Position numbers and translations under genes: made by a program. Below the pieces are notes generated by a model. That model ran no database searches. It saw nothing but the letters and a program-made list of their open reading frames with translations, and was not told the DNA's origin. A stretch of 64,000 nucleotides of DNA. Source: the human T2T-CHM13v2.0 reference genome, Homo sapiens. The stretch lies in NCBI RefSeq assembly GCF_009914755.1, contig NC_060946.1; one strand, 5' to 3'. The first letter of the stretch is position 1. Each line of letters begins with the position of its first letter. Below, one piece after another: positions 22,193 to 34,420 of the stretch.

Positions 22193-23259
22193 CTACAATA
22201 TATTGAGTTCAAGAAATTCTATAGAAAAAAGTAGTAAATAAAGAGTGGACAAAAAATTTAAATAGACATTTATGAAAAGAAGACATACAAATGTGAAACA
22301 GGCAAATGAATAGGTGCTCCACATTACTGATCATCATAGAAATGCAAATCAAACCCAAAATGAGATATCATTTCACCCCAGTTAAGATGGCTTTTATCCA
22401 GAAGTCCGTGAAAAACAAATGCTGGTGAGTATGTGGAGTGAAGGGAACCCTTGTACACTGCTGTTGGGAGCACGTTTAAGGACAGTTTGGATGTTCCCGA
22501 TATAACTAAAAATAGAGCTACTATGTGGTCCAGCAATCCCACTGCACAGTATATGCCTACAAGAAATAAAATTGGTAAATCAAAGACCTATTGGCACTCT
22601 CATGTTTGCTACAGCAGGGTTTATAATAGCCAAGATTTGGAAGGAACCTAAATGTCCATCAACAGATGACTGGATAGAAAAAATGTGGTACATATACACA
22701 ATGGAGTACTATTCAGCTGTAAGAAAGAATGAGACGCCTGCCATTTGCAATAACATAAATGGAACTGAAAGTCATTATGTTTGTGAAAGTCTTTATGTTT
22801 ATGAAAGTGAAATGTCAGGCACAGTAAGACAAATGTCACATGTTCTCACTTATTTGTGGGTGCTAAAATTCAAAACAACTGGTGTCATAGAGATAGAGAG
22901 TGTAAGGATGGTTACCAGAGACTGGGAAGGGCAGGGAGGGAACAAGGGGATAGTGGGGATGTTAAATGGGTAAAAAAAAACTATTGTTAGAAAGAATGAA
23001 TAAGACAGCATTTGAAAGCACAACAGGGGGATTATAGTCAAAAATAATTTAATTCCACATGTAAAAAAATGAAAAGAGTATAATTGGATTGTTTATAACA
23101 CAAGCTATAAATGCTTGAGGGGACAGATACCCCATTTTTTATTATGTATTACTCATTGCATGACTGCATCAAAGTATGTTATGTACCCCCATAAATATAT
23201 ACACCAACTATGTACCCACAAAAATAAATTAAAAATTGAAATTTAAATTAAAATTAAAA

Positions 23260-23398
23260 CCAAAAGGAGGAGAGTATAATGAGGCATGTGTGACCCATGG
23301 CTTGAGCTAGCTTTTCAGGTTAACTTTGGAATGTCCTTATCCAAGAAGAGAGGTGCATTTAGTCAACAGGGGTTTAGAAATTTATTTTTAGCCTATAA
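23260..23398 (-). mobile_element. ERV1 LTR fragment (MER4-group-like)
   Basis: GGAGAGTATAATGAGGCATG..TTTTCAGGTTAACTTTGGAATG..TTAGAAATTTATTTTT resembles the reverse complement of a MER4-group LTR start (recalled). Confidence 0.5.
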
Positions 23399-23720
23399 AT
23401 GAAAAAAAGAAGGATTTTTAATCCTGAGCCATAGTTCTCAGTCAATCAATCCCTGCAAAGAACCCTGTTCTTTACTCTGGAGATAAACATTAGTTTTCTT
23501 TTCCATGGAATAACACCACATTTCAAAATGAGGGGAAACATCTTGAAACTAAGAGGTAGAGCCTTATTCAATTTGATTTGGTTTCCATTGTAATTAATTT
23601 AATCACATGTGTTCTAGAGTTTGTCCTCAGTCTTCCCCTAGTTTAGGCCCATGATCTGTTGAACTTGCTCAGCTCCCTGCTCAACAGCAGGAAATCAGAA
23701 TTATTTAAAAACCTCATTGT

Positions 23721-24036
23721 GGCTGGGAGTGGTGGCTCATGCCTGTAATCCTAGCAATTTGGGAGGCCAAGGTGGGCAGATCGCTTGTTGTCAGGGGTTT
23801 GAGACCAGCCTGGTCAACAGAGTGAAACCCTATCTCTACTAAAGATACAAATATTAGCTGGGTGTGGTGATTCATGCCTGTAATCCCAGCTACTTGGGAG
23901 GCTGAGGCAGGAGAATTGCTTGAACCCGGGAGGCGCAGGTTTCAGTGAGCCAAGATGCTGCACTGCACTCCAGCCTGGGCAACAGAGCAAGACTCTGTCT
24001 CAAAATGATAATAATAATAATAATAATAAGTAAAAA
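23721..24036 (+). mobile_element. AluS with (TAA)n tail
   Basis: Full dimer; TSD-like AAAACCTCATTGT / AAAATCTCATTTTGT. Confidence 0.9.
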
Positions 24037-24259
24037 TGAAAATCTCATTTTGTTTCAAACAAAATTTCTTTTGAATATCAACTGCATCAACTTGCATATT
24101 AACTGTAATCATTTTGTTTACTTTATATCCAATCTGGAGAAATCTTTGAGGACTAATTTCACTCTTTTCTGCCATTTTGGTAAACATACCAAATGCCATC
24201 AAACAAAATGCATAAAATTCCTGAGAAATACATTTTCTCCTTGAGGAGTAGACTTGCTC

Positions 24260-24822
24260 TGTTAGAGGAACTCATGGTTACCTAGCTTCTAGTTTAATAA
24301 ACATGACTAGAATATTCTATCTTAATATGAGTAGCTAGGTACTCACAAGGCATCTAGAAGGTTAGTGTTCGTGGTCTGAAAATAGTCACATTTTTTACTT
24401 GGCCACAAATTACAATTGCAGAATATTTGTGGTCATACAAGACATCTTCCACCAAGCCTGAAAAATGTATAAATGTCCTAGGAGTGCAGCATATTTTTGT
24501 AAGGATATAATTAATGAGGTAGCTTAGGTCAATAGGTTAATGGTTATTGTTAAAACCAGTAGCCCCAACTTTAGTGACTACATCTGCACCTTCCAAGTTT
24601 ATTTATAACTCTTTCTCTTTATAGTTATTTATAAGTAGAGACACTAACAAAAGACAATGCATTCCTCCTCTTGTTTTCTGAGGATGTCCAACTCTGTAAT
24701 GGAGTAATTTCTCATAAACTTGCTTCTTTCACTGTGCTCTCTGACTCACCTCAAATTTTTTCCTGCACAAGATCTAAGAATCCTACTTTGTGGTCTGTAT
24801 CAGGACCCTCTTTTTAGCAACA
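24260..24822 (+). mobile_element. 5' LTR of a class-I ERV (left boundary uncertain)
   Basis: U5-like end AGATCTAAGAATCC..GGTCTGTATCAGGACCC..GCAACA followed by a degenerate primer-binding-site-like CAGCAACACCATGAACGGAC. Confidence 0.6.
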
Positions 24823-26116
24823 TCTTTCAGCAACACCATGAACGGACACCAAGACAAGACCCCCACTCCAAAGAAAAAAATCCACACAGAATCAATCAGC
24901 TGACACCTGGCAAGTGGGCTTAGAGGTCAAGCCCACAGGGTTAGAGGCCCTGGAAATATTGAGAAGAATGGATTTGGCTAAACAAGATATTTGCCACTTT
25001 CTCTTTTTGGGCTGTCCACCTTGTGCTCTCTGTCCCTCACCTGAGTGCTCTACATATTGTCACCTTTCTGCTCACCGCCTCGGTTTTGTAGTAGCCTGGA
25101 GGCTGCCCAAGGACAGAGGCCACAAACAGTTTAGCTTTTACTTTCCTCATCGATCCTCTGACTCTTAACTGACTGCTTGGTTAATTTGCCACTGGTCCAA
25201 GTGACACTGAAAAAAAGAATTGTCTTCTAACCTAGTATTTTTTTTACCGTAATTATCAGAAAAGATCAGCAGTAACCTTGCCATCATTATGACTAGAAGT
25301 TGAAATGTGGTATTTAAGAGCTCTACATGATAAGATCAGATATGCCTGTTTAGTGACAGCCTCTTCTATGACAACCCTTTGCAAACAATTACCCTCAAGA
25401 TGGAGAACATGAGGGTTTTTCTTAACAGTTTTCTCTCATTTCTTAACCATAACGCCATCTTTGATCAGCTGGTATAGGGCAGCTGGACCCTACTTTCTAA
25501 ACCCAGCATGTCACTTTTTTCCTGAGAGAGTTTTGTTAGTTTTGTCATAGCAGTGTGAAAATGGACTAATACATTACAATATACAAGCTACAGCCTTCCT
25601 ATTTCCCCTGTTTGATCTGACTCCTATTTTGCAGCTTAATTTGTTTTATAGAAGAGAGACTAAGAGGGAGAAAATGCATTATATACAGGCTTCTCTGATG
25701 CTTGGTCAGGATAAAAAATTAAAATGGGCTTCCATATGTTTGATGGAGGAAAAGACAAAATAGGAACAGCACGTAATTTATTACCCTTTTAATGCAAGTA
25801 CCTCTTAATATTAGGCTTTTCTTAGCTGGGGCTGAACTCCCCCTGCCAGTCCAAGCACCCCATAAGAACACAGTCAGACTCCTTCCAGTTCTGGTGAGGT
25901 GTGCAACATGTTATTAATTTCTTCTAGTTTTCCAGGGCTATCTAGTGTCCGGTCATCATCTCCTCCCTGCCCTTCGAGTCCTGTCTTACGTACATACCCC
26001 ACTCTCGAAACACCCGAGCTTCACCAGAACAACATGCAGTGGGGCCTCTTATCAGCTGGCAAAGTTGAATATTTGCCCTCTCTGGGAAGTGACAGATGAT
26101 AATAGGGACACTATAT

Positions 26117-27076
26117 TGAAGGGGTGGCCTGTCCCTCCACACCTGTGGGCGTTTCTCATCAGGTGGAACAAGAGACTTGTGAAAAGAGTCTCAGAGACAA
26201 AGTATAGAGAAAAAGTGGGCCCAGGGCATTGGCGCTCAGCATATGGAGGACCCGCAGCGGCACCAGTCTCTGAGTTTCCTTAGTATTTATTGATCATTAT
26301 CGGGCATTTCTCGGAGAGAGGGACGTGGCAGGACTATGGGGTAATAGTGGAGAGAGGGTCAGCAGGAAAACGTGTGAACAAATGTCTCTGCATCGTAAAA
26401 AAGGTAAAGAAAAAAGTGTTGTCCTTTTGATGTGCATATACATAAACATCTCAATGCCTTAAAAAGCAGTATTGCCTCCAGCATGTCTCACCTCCAGCCC
26501 TAAGGCGGTTTACTCCTATCTCAGTAGATGGAATATACAATCGGGTTTTACACTGAGACATTCCATTGCCCAGGGACAAGCAGGAGACAGATGGCTTTGT
26601 CTTATATCAACTGCAAAGAGGCCTTCCTCTTTTACTAATCCTCCTCAGCGCAGACCATTTACAGGTGTCGGGCTGGCGGATGGTCAGGTCCTTCCCTTCC
26701 CACGAGGCCGTATTTCAGAATATCACATGGGGAGAAACCTTGGACAATACCTGGCTTTCCTAGGCAGAGGTCCCTGTGGCCTTCCGCACTGTTTTGTGTC
26801 CCTGGGTACTTGAGAGTAAGGAGTGGTGATGACTTTTAACAATCATGCTGTCTTCAAGCATTTGTTTAACAAAGCACATCCTGCATATCCCTAAATCCAT
26901 TAAACCTTGAGTCGACACAGCACATGTTTCTGTGAGCACAGGGTTGGGGGTAGGTTTACAGATTAACAGTATCTCAAGGCAGAAGAATTTTTCTTAGTAC
27001 AGAACAAAATGGAGCGTCTTATGTCTACTTCTTTCTACATAGAAAAAGTAACAGTCTGATCTCTCTTTTCCCCACA
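26117..27076 (-). mobile_element. HERV-K(HML-2) solo LTR, LTR5A/5B-like
   Basis: 960 bp; minus strand reads TGTGGGGAAAAGAGAGATCAGACTGTTAC...GGCCACCCCTTCA; 6-bp TSD CTATAT at 26111-26116 and 27077-27082. Confidence 0.92.
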
Positions 27077-29817
27077 CTATATAGGTATATGTACCCTTTT
27101 CTACGTCTGAATTAGCCATATGTAAGGAAAAAATAAAACAGTTTTCAGAGGTTCCGGGAAAATTCATAGACAAATTTAAGAGGCTAACCTTGATGTATGA
27201 TCTGACCAGGCAGGATTTGCATATATTTATGTTTACCTGCTGCATGGTAGAAACAGTGCATTACGGGAGTGGCTAGAGCACATGCTAATAGGGTGGCAGC
27301 CTGCAACAAGGGGCAAGACACCTATCAAATAGGAGGCATAGCAGTGCCTGACTAGGACCCAAAAGAACTAGAATCTAGAAAAGACAAATGAATTAAGAAG
27401 AAAGTGTGATATAGAGAGAAAAAATTATGATCATTTGACTCCTTGAATGAATAAAAAAGTGTGATAAAGCTTTTTAATTTTTATAAAGTCTGGAAAATTA
27501 CTCAGGGAAAAGATGAAAACCTAGCCCTATTACAAGGGTGGATAATTTAGACCTTGAGGAAATACACTAACACTGACCCTGACTCCAAGAAGGGACAAGC
27601 ATTGCTAGGAGTTTATTTTATAGCCCGGTCTGCTTCTGATATCTATAGGAAGCCACCAAAAGCAGCCTTAGGCTTCCAGACTCCCATGGATCAGATTTTA
27701 GACTTGGATTTTGCAGTTTTCCATCACAGGAATTCGGCAGAGAAAACATAAAATAAAGCAAATCTTCCAAGAGGCCCAGCTTCTAGCTGCAGCCTTGTGC
27801 TCTCCACCACTTCAGAGGCAGCCCCTTAACCCCTGGCCCTCACAGAGGAAGTGAGAAGGTGAAAGTCCCAGTCTGTGCCTCTGGGCCACCGTGCCTTGGA
27901 TATAAATCAATGTGCCTTCTGTAGGAAGGTCAGCCACTGCTGAAGGAAATGCACTGTGCTTCCAAGGGAGCCATCATCAGAGCCCAGCAGAATCAAAAGT
28001 GGCAGGGCCTGATACTTCCTACCTCTGCTCCCATTGGACTATTAGCTATCGAGAGATGGAGGAGCCTCAGGTGACTCTTGAAGTAGTAGGTAGGAGTATT
28101 AACTTCGTATTAGGTGTGGGAGCAGATTACTCTGTCCTGATTCAATACAATGGGCTCCTGTCTTCTCATGATGGACAAGCCCCAAAACACTCTTTTTTGT
28201 ATCTTCTAAGTTGTCCTCCAGAGCCTCTAGCTATCTTGCCTGCCTTTTTAGTACTGTCTGATTGCCTGACCTCTTACTGGGGAGAGGCTTATTGACTCAG
28301 GAGACCAAGTCATGGTCAACTTCACAGATCATAAAGCATAGAAAGTGTTACTTTTGTTCCTGACCCCTCAGGGGAAAAAAGAAGTTAAGAATGAGCTGTC
28401 ACATTTACCACCTGAGATGTTGTCTCAAGTAAATCTTGAGGTTTGGTCCACACAGGCTCTGGGAAACCACTAAACACCTCCCCCATTCAAATCCAACTTC
28501 AGCCTAGTGCTCCTCGCCCTCAGAAGAGACAATACATTTTAAGGCAAGAAGCATGAGGGGAAATTCAACCCCTTATTGCCAAATTCTTGCCATATGAGTT
28601 ATTAAGGCCATGAGAGTCTCCTTACAATACTCGCATGTTACCAGATAAAAAGCCTAATGGCAAGTACAGATTTGTCAGAACCCTTAGAGCATTAAGAAAT
28701 GCAGTTGTCTCCGTACACCTCATTGTCCCAAATACTTACCAAGTCCCAGGGGATGCAAGCTGGTTTACATTCTTATATCTGAAAGATGCACTTTTCTGGA
28801 TCTCAATGCATCCAGATTCATAATATGTTTGCCTTTGAATGGAATGATCCAGATACGCATTCAGCCTCAAAACTAACCTGGACAGTCATCTCTGAAGGGT
28901 TCTGGGATAGACCCCGCTTATATGAAAATGCTCTAGTTAAGGACTTAACAAATCTACAATTGGAAAGGGACACAATTATTCAGTACGTAGGTGACTTGCT
29001 CATTGCTAGCCCAACTAAAGAAGACTCATAATAATACTGTTAAGTTGGTAAATTTCCTGGGAACTTGCAGATATAGGGCATCACCACACAGGGCTCAGAT
29101 TTTGACTGAAAGACTTAAATATTTGGAATCTGTCTTAACCTCTGGAACTGATCAACATCCCTAGAGATAAGAAAGTTATTTTAGTCACCCAAGGGTCCCT
29201 GTACAAAAAATGACTGTGGGCTTTTTTAGGAGATGGCTGGGTACTGCTGCTTATGGGTGCCCAGATTTGGGCATGTAGCCAAGCCTTTATATGATACATT
29301 AAAGGGAAAGATTTAGAGCTCCTAGAATGTAATGAGAACTGCAAGCAAACCTTCAATACTCTCAAGGAGAAATTGGGCTCTGCTGCAGAAGTGGGAGTCC
29401 CCAAGTTGGATGAACCATTTTTTCTTTATGTGACCAAAAATCAAGGCATAGGCCTTGGGTAATCTTGTCCCAAAACGGGGGGACATTCCAAGGCCAGTAG
29501 CCTAATTTTCTAAGCAGATAGACCAGGTGGCCTCAGGGTGGCCTTGATGTCTTAGAGCTATTGCTGCTACCAGTTTTCTAGCAGACAAAGCTAATAAACT
29601 AACATTAGAAGAGCACCTACAGGTTTTTGACCCCACACCAAGGGAAGGTGGTCCTAGAAGCTAAAGGGCAGGAGTGGATAATAGGAGAACATTTATGAAA
29701 GTATCAGGCCTTATTGCTGGACCCTCCAGACATAATCCTTAAAGCCTGCCAAACCATAAACCCAGCTGCTTATCTGCCAGAGTCCACAGGTACTTCTAGC
29801 CTTTCTGGCATACAGGT

Positions 29818-30465
29818 TGTATTAGTCTGTTCTCATGCTGCTAATAAAGACATATCTGAGGCTGGGTAATTTATAAAGAAAAGAGGTTTAATTGACTCAC
29901 ATTTCCACGTGGTCGGGGAGGCCTCACACTCATTGCAGAAGGCAAATGAGGAACAAAGTCACATCTCTGACATGGCAGCAGGCAAAAGGGCTTGTGTAGG
30001 GAAACTCCCCTTTATAAAACCATCAGCTGTAATCCCAGCACTTTGGGAGGCCAAGGCAGTGGATGAGCTGAGGTGAGGAGATCGAGGACACCCTGGCCAA
30101 CATGGTGAAACCCCATCTATACTAAAAGTACAAAAATTAGACAGGCATGGTGGTAGGCACCTCTAATCCCAGCTACTCAGGATGCTGAGACAGGAGAATC
30201 GCTTGAACCCAGGAGTCAGAAGTTGCAGTGAGCCAAGATCACGTAAATGCACTCCAGCCTGAGCAACAGAGCAAGACTATGTCTCAAAAATAAATAAATA
30301 AACCATTAGATCTCATGAAGCTTTTTCACTGTCACAAGAACAGCATGAGAAAGACCCATCCCCCGATTCGATTACTTCCCACTGGGTCCCTCCCACGATA
30401 TATAGGAATTATGGGAGTTAAAATTCAAGATAAGATTTGACTGGGGACAGAGCCGAAGCATGTCA
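29818..30465 (-). mobile_element. THE1-type solo LTR in ERV pol, interrupted by an Alu
   Basis: TGTATTAGTCTGTTCTCATGCTGCTAATAAAGACAT...GCATGTCA; TSD CAGGT/TAGGT. Confidence 0.88.
30027..30300 (+). mobile_element. 5'-truncated AluS (Sc-like)
   Basis: Starts at CTGTAATCCCAGC; (TAAA)n tail; TSD TAAAACCATCAG / TAAACCATTAG. Confidence 0.88.
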
Positions 30466-32079
30466 TAGGTTATGAAACAAATTGATTCTAGCAGGCTAGA
30501 CTTAAGAGAGATGAGCCCCTTGACCATCCCAAGGAAGAGTGGTTAACAGATGCAAGTTGTTTTATGCATCAGGAGAACAGGAGGGCTAGGTATGCTATTA
30601 GTAGTCAGCACAAGAGAATCAAGGCACAAGCCTTGCTGGCTTCGACCTCAGCCCAAAAAGCTGAGTTAATTGAACTTACTCAGCCCCTGCAGTTGGGAAA
30701 GGATTTAAAAGTTAACATTTACACTGATTTCAAGTATGACTTTTTAGTGCTTCATGCTTATGCTGCAATTTGGAATGGGTAGGGACTCCTGACCCCCAAG
30801 GGCTTTTCCATACAACATCATTCAGATTTTGAACTTGTTAGAATGCTGTTTTGCTGCCAAAAAGTGACTATAATTAATTGCAGAGGACATCAAAAGAGAG
30901 ACTGACCATGTAAAAGGAAATGCCCTTGCAGATGCTGCAGCCAAGGCCCCTGCACTGAAAGGGCCAATGAAGCTTATGAGTGTGCTGGTCAGCATACATT
31001 GAACTGAGCCAGAACACTCTGAAGAAGAACAAAAATGTGCCAGGGATTGCATTTCAGTCCAGGGTCCCTCTGGCTGGCTGAATGATGGTAATAAATTACT
31101 AATACCAAGTACCAATCATAGGAATATAATTCAGCACTTTCATGATTCTTTTCACCCTAGAAGGGATTCTTGGTTTCCGGTAATGTCTCATTTGTTTATA
31201 GGGGTAAATCTTTTCAAGACACCAAAACAGGTGACTCAGCCCTGTGATCTCTGTGCCTGACATGACCCAAACGGCTAGCAATTTTCTCCTTCTACAGGTA
31301 AACCTGTCCAAAATTGAGGAACCTATCCAGGTGAGAACTGGCAACTCTAATTTACTCAGCTACCTTTCTGCAGGAGATTCAAATATTTGCTAATGCTTAC
31401 TGATACCTTTATTGGTTAGATGGAGGCATTCCCCACCCCATCTGAAAAATGTTTACCAGAAGAAATAACTCCTCAGTTTGGGTAATCTAAAAGCCTGCAA
31501 AGTGGCAATGGTTCGTCTTTCACAGCAGGTGTATCCCAACACCTATCCTCAGCTTTAAGAATCCAATATTACCTTCACTCTGTGTGCAGACCGCAGTCCT
31601 CTGGAAAGGTGAAAGGGCTAATCCTACTCTAAAGAAGACTCTAGCTAAATCAGAAGCCTGACTATCTCTAACACCCATAGCTTACTGCGGGTTTGAACTG
31701 TTCCAAAGTAAAACTTATAATTAAATCCTGTTGAGTTAACATTCGGAAGACCTTTCCTAAGCACAGATCTCCTAATAGATGAAAAGACTCATCAATTACA
31801 AAAATATGTCATCAATCTAGGACAGGTGCAAAGACACTCTGTGAATATGGATACAAGAGTCTTCCACTCCCACATGGGAGGAAAATTCAGTTTCAGCTCA
31901 GCTAGGGATTTAGTCTTACTAAAGATGTGGGAGGAAGTTCTCCAGCTGACCAGCTTTCCCCAACGTGGAAAGGACCACAGCAAGGACACCTGAGCTCTCC
32001 AACAGACGTTTAACGCCAAGGGATTCACAGGTGGGTACACCTGTGTGGAAGTAAAGCTGTTGCTTATTCTGTGAGCCGA

Positions 32080-32260
32080 ATCCGAGGCTGAGGGAGGTGG
32101 GCGCGGGGCTATTTCAGCGGTGGTGGAGTGTGGGCTGGGTAGCTGCGCGTCTGCTCCTCCTTCTCGTGTTTCTCCTGCCACTCTAATCCCGCCTTGGCCA
32201 TGAGGGAAATCGTGCTCACGCAGGCCGGGCAGTGCGGGAACCAGATCGTCGCCGAGGTTG
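32080..32260 (+). pseudogene. TUBB8: TUBB8/TUBB4Q-family beta-tubulin fragment: proximal promoter, 5'UTR and exon 1 only
   Basis: ATG at 32200; 57-nt exon MREIVLTQAGQCGNQIVAE ends at 32256 followed by GT, the conserved beta-tubulin exon 1 length; LTQ is typical of the TUBB8 clade; GC-rich upstream with GGGCGCGGGGCTATTT; no further tubulin exons seen. Confidence 0.88.
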
Positions 32261-32375
32261 TATTTAACTCCATAAAAATTAAAATTTTGTATGAGAGAAA
32301 AATGTCTCAAAGTCAAAAGTCAACAGACTGGGGAAATAGATCTGCAACATACATGACAGACAAAAAGCTAATTTG
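32261..32375 (+). mobile_element. Ancient L1M ORF2 fragment
   Basis: ATAAAAATTAAAATTTTG..ACAGACTGGGGAAATAGATCTGCAACATACATGACAGACAAAAAGCTAAT. Confidence 0.6.
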
Positions 32376-32377
32376 GG

Positions 32378-32441
32378 ATATATATATATACACATATAAA
32401 TATATATACATATAAATAGATAGATAGATAGATAGATAGAT
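32378..32441. repeat. (TA)n / (TAGA)n compound microsatellite
   Basis: Seen directly. Confidence 0.9.
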
Positions 32442-32444
32442 GTA

Positions 32445-34420
32445 AATATCCGTTTTTAACACCATTTTAGAAAATACCGTCCTTTCCCCATTGAACAGTG
32501 TTGACGCCCTTGTTAAAAATCATGACCATATTTTTTGGTTCTTTATTTCTATTGCATTGGTCTTTGTGTCTGTCTCTATGCTGGTACAGCATTGTTTTGC
32601 ATACTGAAGTTTGAAACCAGGAGGTGTTAGTCCTCTAACTTTGTTAGTTTTTAAGATTGATTTGGCTGCTTGGGGTTTTTTGAGATTTCGTCTGAATTTT
32701 AGAACAGGTTTTTCTATTTTTTCAAATATTGGAATTTTTACAGTGATTTTATTGAATCTGTAGATGACTATAGATAACAATGGCACCTTGACAAGATTTT
32801 GTCTTCCAGTCCATAAACACATGATGTCTTTTCATTTATTTGTGTCATCTTTAATACTTTCATGCCATGTTTGTAGTTTTTGCTGTACAGGTTTTTCATT
32901 TCCTTGGTTAAGTGGGTTTCTAAGTATTTTATTCTTTTGATGCTATCATACGTGATACTGTTGTCTTGATTTCTTCTTCAGATAGCTTATTGTTATTGTA
33001 GAAATACAACTGATTTTTGTGTATTATTTTGTATCCTGCAGCTTTGCTGAATTTTATTTATTGCATCTGACAGTTTATTTCACAGAAACTAAAAGATTTT
33101 TAATATATAAGGTTATGTCATCTGCAAACAGATAGTTTTACTTTTTAAAAAATTGGAATATCTTTAATTCTTTTACTCACCTTATTGTTTTAACTAACTA
33201 GAAACTTCAGTACTATACTAAATAGCAGTAGTAAAAGCAGGCATCCTTGTTTTTGCTCTTAGGGTAAAAGCTTTCAGTCTTTCACCATGTTAGCTGGGTT
33301 TTTTTTTGTTTTGTTTTTTGTATAGCATTATGTTAATGTGTTTTCTTTCTTTTTATAGTTTATTAAGTATATTTTATCATGAATGTGGGTTAAATTTTGA
33401 CAAATGCTTTTTCTTCTTTGCTTAAGATGATCACATGAGGGTTTTTTCCTTATGTTAATGTGATATTACGCTGATTTTCATGTGCTGGAACATACTTTCA
33501 TTTCAGGAGTCAATTACACTCATTCATAGTGTATAATCCTTTTAATGTACTGCTAAGTTTGAGTTGCGGGTATTTTGTTGAGGATTTTTGCATCAGCATG
33601 TATAAGGGATGTTTGTTTGTAGTTTTCTTATGGTGCCTTTTTCTGGCTTGGTGTCAGGGTAATACTGGCCTCATAGAATAAGTTAGAAAAAACTACCTCC
33701 TTTTCAACGTTTTGAAAAAGTTTGAGAAGAAGCGGTGTTAATTCTGCTTTAAACATTGGGTAGAATTCAACAGTGAAAACATCTGGTCCAGGCTTTTCTT
33801 TGTTGCTGGGTTTTTGATTACTGATGCTATCTTCCTGCTGAATCTCCTTGCTGAATAGGTTTATTCAACTTTTCTGATTCAGTCTTAGTAGGTTTTTTGT
33901 TTCTAGGAATTTGTTCATTTTATTTAAGCTATTCAATTTTTTAGTGTATAGTCCCTTATGGTACTCTCCTACACCCCTTTTTTACTCCAAAAATTTGTTA
34001 GTAATGTACCCATTTTATTTTTGAGTTTAGTAATTTGAATATTCCCTTTCTTTCTTAGTCAATCTAGATAAAATTTTGTCAGTTTTGATGTTTTTCAGAG
34101 AACAAACTAGGTTGTGTTGATTTTTGATATTGTTTTTCTATTCTCTATTTCACTTATTTCCACTGCTATCTTTATCATTTTTTTAATTTTGCTAGCTTTT
34201 AGTGGTCCCTCTTTAATAGTCCCTCTTTTTCTCTCTGTTTTTAGTTCCTTAGGAGTAAAGTTGTTGATTTGGTATCTTATTTTCTATAATCATTTATAGC
34301 TATAAATTTTTCCCTTATAGTACCATTTTTAATGTATCTCTTAACTTTTGTTATTTCATGTTTTTAATTTGTCTCTAGATATTTTTTCTTTTCTCTTGTG
34401 ATTTCTTCCTTTATCCATCC
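32445..34420 (-). mobile_element. Old L1M ORF2 fragment
   Basis: Minus ORF WTGRQNLVKVPLLSIVIYRFNKITVKIP resembles L1 ORF2; L1-like antisense sequence throughout. Confidence 0.8.

Larger units (their letters stand above)
24823..32075 (+). mobile_element. Decayed class-I (gamma-like) ERV internal region, gag-pro-pol, with no env or 3' LTR
   Basis: Gag VYVPFSTSEL, QGKDEN and NQCAFCRK knuckle; protease FVLGVGADYSVL; RT KKPNGKYRFV, WFTFLYLKDALF, LTWTV, QYVGDLLIA; RNase H SAQKAELI, NIYTDFKY, KGNALADAAAK; integrase PGENWQL, KYLLMLTDTF, RPQSSGKV, WKGP; many stops and frameshifts. Confidence 0.9.

Noticed and set aside
32194-32415. 73-aa ORF as a functional tubulin gene
   Set aside because: Only 19 codons are tubulin; the rest reads through the donor into L1 and microsatellite sequence.
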